From Salpingoeca rosetta (Eukaryota; Protista; Choanoflagellata), in NCBI GenBank assembly GCA_033442325.1, contig JAWQFM010000015.1:34561-98560 (forward strand): a stretch of DNA of 64,000 nt, written 5' to 3'. The notes beneath the pieces are model-generated. The model was not told the DNA's origin. It saw nothing but the letters and a program-made list of their open reading frames with translations, and did no database searches. Position numbers and translations under genes: made by a program. This document shows, one piece after another, positions 1 to 18,826 of the stretch (the first letter of the stretch is position 1; the number at the start of each line of letters is the position of its first letter).

Positions 1-62
1 ACGAGAATGAAATTGCACACAATCGCCACACACAACAAAGTCCTTCCCGACCAACTGCTGTC

Positions 63-380
63 ATGTCGGAGACGACGACGACGAGGAGGAGGAGGAAGAA
101 AAGGGAAGGAAAGACGCGGGGCGATGGCCGTGGAGGGAGTGCACGGACGCCTGGAACACGCGGTGGCCGTACAACGTTGCAGCCTGCCTCCAGCTCCTCC
201 CTTGCCCTCAACTATGCCATGGCAAGGGCCGAGGACGGCTCCGAAGCCCTCACCACGGGCCGCATCAACCTCATGTTCGCAGCCCTCGCCAAGCTGATCC
301 CACACACGGGCCATCTCAAGGTACAGCCAGCCTTTCACAACCCACGGCCATGGTCCTGTTTGGTTTGGTTTGGCTTGACA

Positions 381-413
<33 letters not shown>

Positions 414-451
414 CCGTTCTCTATCACGCGTGTGGCCACGCGTGGCGCACG

Positions 452-516
<65 letters not shown>

Positions 517-1086
517 GCACACTCACATACACTCACGCACACTCACACACGCACATACTCACAGAAATCGTTTGATGTGGTGTTTGAGGAGTTGTATGAT
601 GCCGTGTACAGTCCAGAGTTGACCACCGTGGAAGAAAGTGGCGACACAGCAGCCACGCCTCGGCACAGCCGTGAGCAGAGCGCAAGGCGCGCAGTTGCAA
701 CTACAGGTGCGGCTTTCTTTCATGCATGCAACGTACACGACATGGTCGCCATTTGCTTGTGTTGCAGTTTGCACTTCTCTTCACGTTTTGCGGTAGCGCT
801 CACACCGCACTTTGGTTGCTGCAGAGGTACAGCGCATTCCATACGCAGTGCTGTGTCAACAGTTGCAAGACCAAAAGCTCTCTGTTGAAGAAGAAGTGAA
901 CCGCGCAGTTCAGGCTTGCGAGCGAAAGGTGTGCGTGTGTCTATGTGTATGTGTGTGTGTGTTTATGTGTGTCTATGTGCATGTTGCTACCTTATCGCGT
1001 CCGCCTCACCCACTAGCACACACACTACCACACCCTAATATGCACGCACACACACAAACACGCACGCACACACAAACACGCACACA

Positions 1087-1174
<88 letters not shown>

Positions 1175-1466
1175 CCCTCGTATGCGCACCACCATCCCCT
1201 GTCAGCATGCGAGCGACCGGCGCGATCTGCTCAACTGTCGGGCGGAAGTGGAAGAGTTGCAGACGCGGAAGCGGGAGCTTGAGGAGGTGCTGAGCAGCGA
1301 AGAGGCCAGACTCGGCGACAAGGAGCTGCGCTTCCACGAGAAAGAAAAGTGTGAACAGCGTTGTTTCGTTCTTGTGGGGCGGATGGACGTGCATCCTACA
1401 GCGCACGCATTGTACACTGGGACATCGCGCAAACCACTGCTTCATGTTCTTATCGGGAGCACCTTC

Positions 1467-1546
<80 letters not shown>

Positions 1547-3021
1547 TCACAAACACATTCACACACATCTCTAGGGAGTTGCGGCAGGAGCTGCAAGCGC
1601 TGCATGAGCACGTGTCAACTCTTGATGCGGAGATTGCGGTGCTCAAGGCGGAGGTGGCGCAGCTGCACGTGACAGTGGCGGATCTGCAGCCGTACAAGGA
1701 CGCGCACGACGACGTGCAACGGAACTTGGGGACTCTCATCCCCGGGAACACGCCACAGCGTGGCTATCTCAAAGTGCCAATCACGGTGAGGACGTGGCGG
1801 CATTGGGTGGAATGGTCCAGTCTCAGGCATGCCATTCTTCGCTGGTCATACACAGGTGTGCGCCCACATCCAAAACACCCCCCCCTTTCCAAACACACAC
1901 ACACACACACACACACATACACACACACACTCAAACACACACACACACATTCACACGTGTTCCACCGGCAGCTGCGGTGTGGAATTACGCCATCAACAGC
2001 ACGGGGTCGCTGAAGGCGCAGCTGCTGCAGTTTCGCGTGTCGCTCGTGAGAGACATGGAAGCAGCGAACATGAGGGCTCTTCGTGATATGTACGTGGTAT
2101 TCGAGTGCTTGTTATCCTGTATGATCAAGAATTCCCCCCCCCCCACACACACACAGCATCAACTTGCTGTACATTTGACGCAACTCAATCTCAAACTCAT
2201 GTTGCTCTTGTTCTTGTTCGTGTTCGTGTTCCTAGGCGAGCTATTCTCTGGTTTCCACCACCATCGACATCATCATCCTTGTCGACATCATCATCAGCCG
2301 CAACGTCGGCGTCTCGCCAACACAGCTGCTCCTTGACACATCCACGTGCATTTGTGTGGGACCCACCCTCAACCAACGTAAGCTTTTCATGACAGCAGTG
2401 CCCAAGGGTACTGTCAGCACACAAGGAAATACATGTATGCACACACACAGCTGTACGCGTACATTCCTTCGCTTACACCACACGTTCTTGGATCACCGCA
2501 TGCTTGTGCGTATATGTGCAGCATGAAGAATCGATGAGCATGCTGAAGACGGTTGCACGGGAACTCACCATGACAGCAGCAGACATGTCGCGGTGAGTGG
2601 CGCGGCCTGAGTTGTGTGTGTATGTGTATGTGTATGTGCATGTGTATGTGTATGTGTATGTGTATGTGAATGTGTATGTGTATGTGTATGCGTATGTGTA
2701 TGTGTATGTGTAAGTGTAAGTGTAAGTGTATGTGTATGTGTATGCGTGTGTTTGTTTGGAGAGCGACGATGTGCTGCACCTCTCACGCTTCTCACGCTCC
2801 CTTGCACACCACTGCATCTCCTCCCTTTGCGTACCCATGTGCCGTGTTCGTTAGCGCGAAAGAGAAAGCGCAGCAGTTTGCTGATCGCGACACGGAGGCG
2901 TTTGAGGTCGTCGGCCAATTTTATCCGCAGGTGCTACTCCGTGCTCGTTGATTGATCCTTTCGTTGCCTTGATACCTGCACACACACACACACACACCAG
3001 CACGCATGTATGAATGTGTGT

Positions 3022-3078
<57 letters not shown>

Positions 3079-6051
3079 CGCACATGTTCACGCATGTGCT
3101 GTTCGACAGCTGAAGGAGCCGCATCTTCCGGCAACGCGGCCGGCGTCACTTGCTGTCGAACGGCGACCCGAACACGTCGATGAAGGTGCGATGTGCACAC
3201 ACACACAGCCACACACAAACACACAAACACACCAACACACACACACACAACCACACACACACAAACACACAGCCACACAGCCACACATTTGCATGCCAGC
3301 GATCAACTTGACCTGATAGTGTGTTTGCTTGTGCTTACACTCCATTCTCCCCCAAAACTCTCAACGGATCAACAATGGCAGACGACCACAAGTTGCTGTG
3401 GCGCCAGTTGGGCACGCGTCGCCAGTTTGAATCGCTGCCGCCAACGCTTCTCTCCATTGGTGAGAGGACGCAGCAATGGCCCCCATCATTAATCCCTGGT
3501 GGTGCTGCTGCTGCCATGTCGCTCGTTGCTGCCCATTACCACCGCACATCCTCACCCCGTCTGCATGCGTGTGCGTGTGCATGTATGTGCGTGTGCATGT
3601 ATGTGCGTGTGTCTTACCGTGGTTGTGCAGAGGTTGTGTATGCGTACATCACAGATCTTGCTGGCCGCGTGCTCGCCCACGACGTACAGCTCGCCTTTGA
3701 CACCGCCACCAGTGAGGACGACGTCATCTCGTTCCAGCAACACATGTACAACATGTTTGACGAACGCTTTCCCCACGCAGATGCCGCCACGCTCGCCATC
3801 CGCGACTTTCTCTTCTGTACGTGTGTATGTGTTTGCTCTCTGTGTGTGCGTGTCTTGCGTGCGTGCGTGTGTGTGTGTGTGTATGTTGCTCTCCTTCTCT
3901 ATTCGTTTCTGTGTGCTGTGTTCGTGCGCACATCCACGGTTCGCCCCTGAATTGCAGCGCTTCTTTCCCTCATATGTTGCGACCGTTGGTTCGTACTCGC
4001 GTGTGCACGTGGCCACTGACGGTGTGCGTTCGTTTGCACCTCAGCTGTGGAGCATCACAGCAGCGCCGATCCGCTCGTACAGCTGCTCTTCTTCTCGCTC
4101 GTCGGAAAGCAGGATGTGTCATCGCTTATGCACTACACAATCGTCCACATGGTGCGTCCTGTGCTTATCATTGTGTGTGTGTGTCGCGTGTTTGTATGTA
4201 TGCGTGTGTTGAATTATGCTTTGGCTCGTGATGATATGCGTGTGTGTGCACTCAAACAGAATCCATCCACCCATGCAGTCCATCTTCCATCCACCCGCGT
4301 TTCCTCACCGGGCACACGCTCGTCTCGTTCTTCCACACATGTTCAGTTGATCCACACGTTGCAGCTCTCAACGCCGCAACACCTCTCCTGGCTCATGACG
4401 GAGCTGTTTCCAGACTCGGTGGGGCAAGCGTTCGTGTCTCGTGGCATGCGCGTATTTGCGTACATTTGTGTCTCGTGGCATGCTCGTGTGCGTATGCGTG
4501 TGTGCATGTGTGCATGCGTGTGCGTGTGTGCATGCGCGTGTGTACGGTGCATTTCAGTGTGCTTTGTCCGGGTGTGCCAACTCGCTTATCTTCCATCCAT
4601 GCTTCCCCGTGCCAGCTTACATGACGCGTTTGCTGTACATACGTTCTTCCCCCCTCTCACCGTGTTCCCACTGCTCCAACCAGCACCTGTCACTGGACAA
4701 GCTGATGCTGGCGTACACGGGCTTTGCCGATGGCGCCCCGTCCTCCGATCGCATCTCCCGCTTTTATCTCCGCGAAACCGCTGCGCGCGACTGGAATCCA
4801 GCAGCAGCCGAGGTGGAAGGGATGATGGAAGAGGAGGGACGGGGGTGTGCGTGGTTGCTCTGTGTGGTTGCTCTATGTGGTTGCTCTGTGTGTGCGTATG
4901 TGTGCGTCTCTGTGTGTGTGCGTGTGTGTGCGTGTGTGTGCGTGTGTGTGCGTGTGTGCGTGTGAATGTTCGTGGGCATGGTCGTGTGCACGCACGACTG
5001 CGTTTCCAAGTACATCCTCTTTCCTAACAGTCACCACTACCACCACCACCACCACCACAACTGACACGTCATGGCCACCGCCATAGATTGTGCGCGTTGC
5101 TGCGGAGGTGGCCGGTGCGCCGCCAACGGGCTCGAAACCGCTCAGCGTCATCAAGTGCGAACGCATCAAGCACGCGCTCCATCCACACGTTCCCGACCAG
5201 GTATGCGTGTGCGTGCGTGTGTGTGCATTTCGTAAGTGGCATGTGCATGCACTCTGACGGCTGCGAGATGCTCGGTCTCTTGGGTCGTGCTTTGGTTGGT
5301 TGACTGGATGCTTCTTTGGTTGGTTGCTTGATTCATTGATTGCATTGATTGCATTTCCCACCTCCTTGGTATCATGTGGAATGTCCTGCACACAGGTGCT
5401 GCGGCTACTCTACGAACAATCCGCCAAGATACATGGGTATGTGTGAATGTGTATGTGTGTGTGTGAAGGTGTGTGCGTGTGCTTGTACCAGTGAATCATG
5501 CTGTGTGTCGTGTCTCTCGTGGCTGCGGCTCTCTGCATTGTCGTTCTCGTCACACACACACACACACACACACACACTCTCTCTCTCTCTCTCTCTCTCT
5601 TTCTTTCTCTCTCTCTACTGCAGGGTGGATGCTGAGTTGCCGTCGAGTGTGTGCACGTGGCTGCTGCTCCACGCACGCTTGTTGTTTGAGACGGAAATGG
5701 TTCGACTCAGCCTCAAAGACAGACTGGTACGTCCTCTCGTGCGTGTATGTGTTTGTGTGCATGAATGTGTGTTTGTGTTTGTGTGTTGATGATCATCACG
5801 ACATGACATCACCTTTGCTCAAACTGGTGTTGCGTTCCGTTCGGTACCCTCGCTACTGCAACTCACATTGGCTGCCCTTCGCTGCTTCCTGCTTCCGTTC
5901 ATATGTCACACGACAAACGCAACCAACACAACCGCAACCAACAAAACAGGACGGGCTGTCTGAACAGCAACTGCTGGTGAACAAGCGGAGCCGCCTCGTG
6001 CAGCTGAAGCAAGAGCTCGCACCAAGAAGTGGACGGGCAAGCACGTCGTGA
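63..6051 (+). CDS. Multi-exon uncharacterised coiled-coil protein, possibly TSNAXIP1-like
   Basis: Exons join through GT-AG introns, e.g. 63-320 (MSETT...GHLK) and 564-706 ([18 protein letters not shown]). Heptad-rich exons follow ([18 protein letters not shown]; [29 protein letters not shown]), then helical exons ([28 protein letters not shown] / [21 protein letters not shown]). Last exon ...[15 protein letters not shown] ends at 6051. Exon phases at 4850-5440 are uncertain and the family call is weak. Confidence 0.7.
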
Positions 6052-6189
6052 TGTAACGCTGGACACACACCAACAACAGAATAACGAAAGACGAAAAGCA
6101 AGCATGTGCAGGCGCAAGCAGCCAACAAAGAACACTGGCAGAGGTGGAGTGGGCCGGTATCTTATGTCATGGCTCGGGCAATTGTGCCG

Positions 6190-11694
<5,505 letters not shown>

Positions 11695-11785
11695 CTCCGT
11701 TGAATTTCCAGTGGAGCAATTTGCCAATTGGCGTGCGAGTGCAATTTGCAACGAGAAGCAACTGACAGCAGAGATACACACGACA
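11695..11785. promoter_or_regulatory. Probable bidirectional promoter, arylsulfatase/NUP43
   Basis: 91 bp between divergent ATGs (11694 and 11786). Contains palindrome GCCAATTGGC (11723-11732) and two GCAATTTGC copies (11716, 11741). Confidence 0.55.
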
Positions 11786-13181
11786 ATGCAGCGAAGCAGC
11801 AGCAGTGGTGCGTCCTCGCTGCCACTGGAAGGCGTGGTGGCAGTGGCACAGCTGCCACAGGCGCAGCGCAATGCCCTCGTGGCCATCTCATCCCACGGAA
11901 AGGTGTGCGCGGCTGTACGTACTTCTTGTTGTTTCGATCCCCTTTGGAACCACCAGTGCTGGCAAGATTTGGGATGGATGAAGGCGCCCAGCACGCATGT
12001 TCTCACACATACACTCACACTCTGTGTCTGTCTGTCTGTCTGTCTGTGTGTCTGTGTGTCTGTGTGTCTGTCGGTCTGTCTGCCTGTCTGTCGCTCTCTG
12101 TCTGTCTCCCCCTCACTCACTCATTCTCACTCTCACTCTCACTCACTCTCACTCTCACTCTCACTCTCTCTCACTCACTCATTCACTCACTCACTCACTC
12201 ACACACACACACACACACACACACATGCACTCTCTCTCTTATGACCACACTACATTCATTGTGCGGGTGCAGGGCACGGAGGCTCTTTCGTTGCTGGATA
12301 TAGAGACGCAATCTGAGCGTGGCGTGCCCTTCTCGTCCAAGCTTGCCTCACCAACACTGAGCCTTTCATGCCAGCAATCCATTCCCCTGGCGCCACTGCA
12401 CGTCACAGTAAGCGCTGTGCGCGTGCCGGTGTTTCTGCACGCATGCGTTTGTGTACAAATGAAGAGAGACTGTGTGCAGTGTGTGAGGATCAGTCTCCCG
12501 CTCAGACCACACATACCCACTCTTTGCACAAACACACACACGCACACACACACACACACTCACACACTCTCTCGCACACGCACACACACACGCATCCTAC
12601 CCATGTTGACACGTGTCACTCACATCGTGATGGTCATTCGCGCGCATTGTGCCAGGGCTTGAACTCAGAGGCAGTTGTGGTTGGTGCGCAAAGCGGAGCC
12701 GTCTCCGTCTATTCACTCAACTTTCACAAGGTTGCATGGTGTACGTGTATGCATGTGCGTGTTTGTGCCCCTGCACGTGAATGCAACAGAAGTATCTGGC
12801 AAGCTCACCCTTGTGTTGTGCTTGTGCGATGCCTGCCGGCAGGATGACGTGTTTGAGGAAGCAGCGACCATGACACCTCCGCCAGCGCACGCGACAGATC
12901 GCGCTGAGGAGCGGCAGCCGGTCTCTGGTCTCTCCGTCCTGTCCGGCGGTGATGGCCGCTTCTGCTCGACAACAGAGGATGGGCTGCTTCATGTCTGGGA
13001 CGCAGCCGCACCCGCACGCGTGGGCAGCTGGGGTACGTGTCAAGTCCGAGCAGCGCGTTGTGGCATTTGCGAGACAGCGAGGGAGAGAGAATGTGTTCGT
13101 TCGTTCGCCCGCACGCGTGTGTGTATGTGGGTACATTTGTGTATGCACAAGGCACCACCATGTCACACATGCGCACTCATT

Positions 13182-13228
<47 letters not shown>

Positions 13229-13523
13229 ACACACACTCACACACACACTCACACACACTCACTCACACTCACTCACGTACCACCCTTGCTGTGTACCGAC
13301 ACAGGGCGACCCAAGGCACTGCGCTGCTCAATGCTCAGCTGCGTTGCGCAGACACACAAGGACGTGGTCGTTGGCACGAATGTCGGTGCTGTTGAGATTT
13401 GGGACACACACGCGCCAACTGCTGACTCCAAAAGCGGCAGCAGCGCAGCCCTCACATTCACCAGCGAGCCAAGGTACAATGCCGCCTTGGTCACCCTGGG
13501 TGCATGCCTGCGTGCGTGTGAGT

Positions 13524-13564
<41 letters not shown>

Positions 13565-14307
13565 TTTGTGTGCGAGTGTGTACATACTTGTGTGTGTGTA
13601 AAGGTGCTCAAGCCTTGTGTTGCCTCGCTGCTCCTGCTCACCATGTCCGCGTGCGTGTGTCTCCATTTGTGGCCCCTCCCCCCCCCCCAAACAGCGAGGA
13701 CGGAAGCCTACAGATGTTCCACAGCATTGCCGTTCATCCGAGCGAGCGCAACATTATTGTTGCCGGCGGCCACGACGGTCTGCTCGTGTTCTGGGATGCA
13801 CGCCAACCGCTCGTCCCGCTCGCCACTATCCAAGCACACACCGGGCCAGGTACCCTCCTGCTGCCGTCCTGCTGTAGTCGTGTGCACGCCCGAACTGACT
13901 GTTGTTGTTGAGCGGTGTTTGTTGTGATTGTCATGTGTTATTTCTTTATCGACACAATGGTGACAAAAGGGAGCCGGCGTCAAGTAAGAAGAGATCTCAT
14001 GCCAAGTTACTCACCACCCTCAAACCACCACCACCCTCACCGTCAAGTGTGGGACATTTCGTTTGCGCCTCGGAATCCGCATGTGCTGGTGACGGCGGGT
14101 GAGGACGGGAGCGTGCTGCACTGGAACACCAACCCGCGCCAGGCAGCAGCCCGCACGTCGTTCAACATCTCCACAGACAGCGGCGAGCTCGTGGTGACAG
14201 ACATGGCGGCACACGCTGTTGGCTCTGTCTCCCGCGCCGTTGTAGTGGATCGCACTGTCGTCTACTCGCGATACCACCACCAGCTGACCGCACTCAACCT
14301 CCCCTGA
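11786..14307 (+). CDS. NUP43: Nucleoporin Nup43 (WD40 repeat)
   Basis: WD40 exons. The spliced segment FHSIAVHPSERNIIVAGGHDGLLVFWDARQPLVPLATIQAHTGP|VWDISFAPRNPHVLVTAGEDGSVLHWN matches the remembered Nup43 pattern (HP..QHVVATGGQDGMLSIWDVRQ...AH...WEVHFHPSNPEHLFTCSEDGSLWHWD). Stop at 14307. Confidence 0.85.
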
Positions 14308-14334
14308 CACCCCGCTGTGTGTGTGTGTGTGTGT

Positions 14335-14402
<68 letters not shown>

Positions 14403-14688
14403 GTGGCTAACCCGGCAGTCCCTTCGTTCGTTCGCTTTGCGTGGCCAGAAAACCTCCAACTGAACCCGTTTGTTCATCATTGTGTTCGTTCATTGTTAAG
14501 ATGCAACCCCTTCTCTCTCTCGCTCTCCGATACCAAAATCGCCTGAGTTCAGCACTAAATGTACAGCAAACGCCACAACAGCCCGCCGCACGGAAACATC
14601 GTCCTTACAACGATTCCAGCTTGGAGTCGAACCTGTGCAGCACAAACAGCGGTGCATTCATGTGAGCAGCAGGGAACGAACAAGGGAA

Positions 14689-14728
<40 letters not shown>

Positions 14729-14789
14729 CCACACAGCCACACACAGCCACACACACACACACACGCACACACAACCACACAATCAAGAG

Positions 14790-17700
14790 GCAGACGTACG
14801 CATGGGCAAAGTTCTTGTGTGCGCGGTTCTCGTATGATTTGCGCTTCCGTCGGATGGTGCTGTCAACGCACGCAACATGAAACACGCAAAAGGCAGTGGG
14901 CACGAGTGAGCAGGGAGGTGCAGGCAGACATTACAGGTGATGGGTTTCGCGAGAGCAGAAGCGATAGACAATCCAGTGTTGCGTGTGTGCGTGTGATGGA
15001 AATGATGACCGCAGCACTGACCGCTTGCTCTTCTCGCGGTACTCGATGATGTTGCGGCGAACCATGCTGAAGATGCGCTCCCGAAACACGTTGCCCTCGG
15101 GCTGAGCGGCCGCGACAACAGCATGCACGCGTTAGTGGCCATGCACAGCTTGGATGAGCAATACGCGGGATACGCCCGCTGTGGCAGAAATAGCACACAC
15201 ACACACACACGCACACATGCGCGCGTACGCACAGCACCAGCAGTAACACCAGCAGTGACAACGACAGCAGCAAGCGCACCTTCATTTGGCGAAGAGATGG
15301 TGTGAGCTCGTCGGTCAGCTTGACGGGCAGTGGGGGCTGCCTGTATGCGGCAAGCACGACGGGCGGAGACAAGCGAGTTGTGGCGATGGTGGTCAGGCGA
15401 TGAGCACCACGCAAGCAAATCACGCTGGGAAAAGTGAAAGCAACCAGTGCCGTACAATCACAAACTGCAACACAATCTCCAAACGCACACAGACACAGAC
15501 ACACACACACATATTCGCACACACACAACACAAACACAACGCGCACGCGAGACTGACTTGATCTGGAACTTGCTGAGACGGCGTGGGCGGGCGAGGCGGT
15601 CGAGTGCGCTGCGTTGCCGGTGCTCGCGTCGGCGCCGATACCGCTCATCCTGCTCGTCCAGCGCTTTGCTGATGGGCTTCAACTGCGAATACTGGCGCAT
15701 GCGCAGGCGATGGCGCTTGCGGGCCTGCTGTCGTCGCATGCGCCGCTCATGTCGCAGCTGCCGGTTGCGCTGCGCCTTTGTCCTGGCGGCGTCGGCGGCG
15801 GCGGTGATGGCGGTGGTGATGGTGGTGGTGGGTGATGAGCAATATGATGGAGCAATTGAGGGCGGAAACATGGAAGAAGCACGGCAAGTTGTTGCTTGCA
15901 TGCACTCATGCAATAAACAAAAACAAAGTGAACAAACAAAGTGAACAGCGTCCACAAGCAAACAAACAGGTTGGGCAAACACACGAGCAGTACATGGTGG
16001 TACGCACTTCCGCTCTGTGACTTTCTTGGTTCGCTCCATGCCTGGTTCCGGCACCTCCAGGCCACTATCACCGTCACCCTCCTCACCCTCGTCACTGTCG
16101 TCATCGCGGTCTTCACCGGCGGCCTCACGTCGCTGCCGCTCAAGATCGCGTGCCACCTGCACCATCTGATCGCGCTGCGCTGCTGCTGGATTCACGTTTG
16201 CAGCCCGCGGCGCTCGCCGCTGTAACCTCGCTTGCCGCTGGCGATGTGATGTGACGTGTTGTGTTGTGTTGTGTTGTGTTGTGCGGATGTGAGACGATGG
16301 CGTGAGGGCCAAGGACAATAGCGACCAAAAGCTTTGCACACGCACACATTAACGCAGCACACACACACACACACCCTTGCATACAGCGTGACGTACGCGG
16401 TCTGCGAGGATCTCTGTCGCTGCCGCAGCAGCAATCAGTTTCCTGTGCGCATCGTACTCCGGGTTGTACGACTGGCCCTGCAGGGGCCGCTCCACAGCTT
16501 GCTGGTTCAGCACAGTTTCTGCAGCACATACAACGTCCAGATATCAGTTGTGGAGCAGGCATACAACAACGCGCGAAACCACACACACACACACACACTC
16601 GCTCACTCACACACACTCACACTCACACACACACACTCACCCACACTCACACACACGCACAAGCACAGCCACCAGAGTGACTCCCCGACTCACCCACCCA
16701 CACCCACACCCCCACACACACCCACACACACCTGGTCCCTTGCGCTGTGATTTGGACTGTTTGAGCTTGGGTGTGTGTTCTTCGCTTGCCCAGATGTCAA
16801 AGACGGGTTCGTCTGCAGTGCTACCCTCCTGCACCTGCGTTGCTTCCTCCTGTTTCTTCTTGTTCTTGTTCTTGTTCTTCTGCTTCGCGTCTGCTGCTGG
16901 CGCTGCGCTTCCTGTGATGCCCGTTGAGCCTGAGGCACTGCTGCCTGGTTTGCGTGCGGCCTTGCTGCGGGTGGGCTTCACGGTGCGCACGGCTTTGATG
17001 AACTTGTTTGAGGAGGGGTGGTACCTGGTGCGCAGCTCCTCCGCCTTCTGGCGGGCCTTGAACTTGCGGCCCACTTGTGGCGTGTCGCCCATGGGGGTCA
17101 CCATCTCCGCAAAAAGCGCTTCATCCGGCGCCTCATGCACAAGTCCACTGATCCACCAATAACAACATGTGAGGATGCATTTGTGTGCGCATTTGTGTGT
17201 GTGTGTGTGCATGTATGCACGATTGCGCGCATCGCTGCTCAATGTGTTGCTGGTAAAACACAGGCACACGCAGGCATGGACACACGACAGATGCAAAGCA
17301 GTTGGTGCGCACAGGGGCATCAAACTTACCCTGTACGCATTTCATGCGACACTTCATCGCGGTGTGTTCTGTCAGAAGCGATCGCGCAAGGAGAAGTGGA
17401 GGTGAATCAACCAAGCACATCCAGCACATGCACGCACACACAAAGCCAGCAAGCAAGCAAACAAGCGAGCTCCCAAGCAAACTGTCAAGCTCACGAGCGA
17501 ACAGCCATACCCAAACCGCACACGTACGCACGCACGCACACACACACACACGCATCTACACACACGCACACACACACACACATACACGCACACACACTCA
17601 TCTACACACACGCACACACGCACACACGTACACACACAAGACAACCATGCACTCACTCGACGGCGGAGAGGAGGATTTCGGTGTGTTTGCGGATGTTCTT

Positions 17701-17853
17701 CTTCTTTGATCTGGAGCCATACTTCTTCTTGGTTTGCTTTTCCAGAGCCACCAGCGGCTCCGCGGGCTTCTTGCCCTTTGCCTTCATCGCCTTCTTCTTG
17801 CCCTTCTTCCCTTCCTGCTGCTGCTGCTGCTGCTTCTTGCTCTTCACCGCCAT
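14790..17853 (-). CDS. NOP53: Ribosome biogenesis protein NOP53 (GLTSCR2/PICT1)
   Basis: Lys-rich N-terminus (GSRSKKKNIRKH), DEALF, FDIW, GQSYNPEYDAHRKLI, TKAQRNRQLR, PRRLSKF, VKLTDELTPSLRQMK|PEGNVFRERIFSMVRRNIIEYR, RKRKSYENRAHK. All are characteristic NOP53 blocks. Exact 3' end uncertain (14658-14800). Confidence 0.92.
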
Positions 17854-18464
17854 GATGGCTGCTGGGTCTGGATCGACGCACGCTGCAAACCACGCTGCTT
17901 TGTCTCGTCTTGTTTCCCTTACACGTGCAGTGCGGACGATTCACGAATGTCTTCCACGATACAGCGTAACCCGACACCCACCAGCAACCAACTAATTGAA
18001 AAAAAAAAAGTGTGTGCTGCTCACTTTGCATTGTGGTTGGTTGGTTTGGTCTGTGTTTTGTTTTCCCCCTTGCCCCACACCACCACCACAGAGCAGCCAC
18101 ACCAACAACAAAACCTAAACCCACCCCAAACACACAACCCACCTGACGGGCGTCCTTGTTCGATCAAACCTCCCCCTCCCTCACTGCCTGCCTGGCTGGC
18201 TTGCCTGGCTCGCTCTCTTCACACGGGTGCATTCCACCTCGTTGTCAGCCAGCACACGAGCACAGATACATACACACATACATACACACGAATACAGCCG
18301 CCTCGCGCACAGCGCCTGCGTCGGTTGCAATTTTCATCCATCCAGTGAGACCGCAAGCAAGTCCACTCGCTCCCGTTTGTCGAGACGCGGGCAAACAATC
18401 ACAGCAGTGGCAGCAACTGTAGCAACTGTAGCTTTTGTTCCCTGTCCCCGCGACACAACCAACC

Positions 18465-18794
18465 ATGCCAGTCCATGCATGGGGGACTGGCGAGAATGAC
18501 GCGCAACCTCCAGAGTTCAACGTCATCCACGTCACCGTGCACCGCTCGCGTGAATATGCCTTTGGCTTCACCCTCGGCTCCACTGGTGCGTTTTGCGGTG
18601 CGAGTGCTTCGGGAAGGGGAGGGGGGTGAAAGCGGCTGTTGATGTGCTCTTCGTGTGTTGCATTGCTCCCATGCACACACGCTCACACACACCTTCACGC
18701 ACAAACAAACACATACACATACATACACATACACACACATATACACATACACACATTCACACGCACTCACACACGCGCACACACTCACATACAC

Positions 18795-18826
<32 letters not shown>

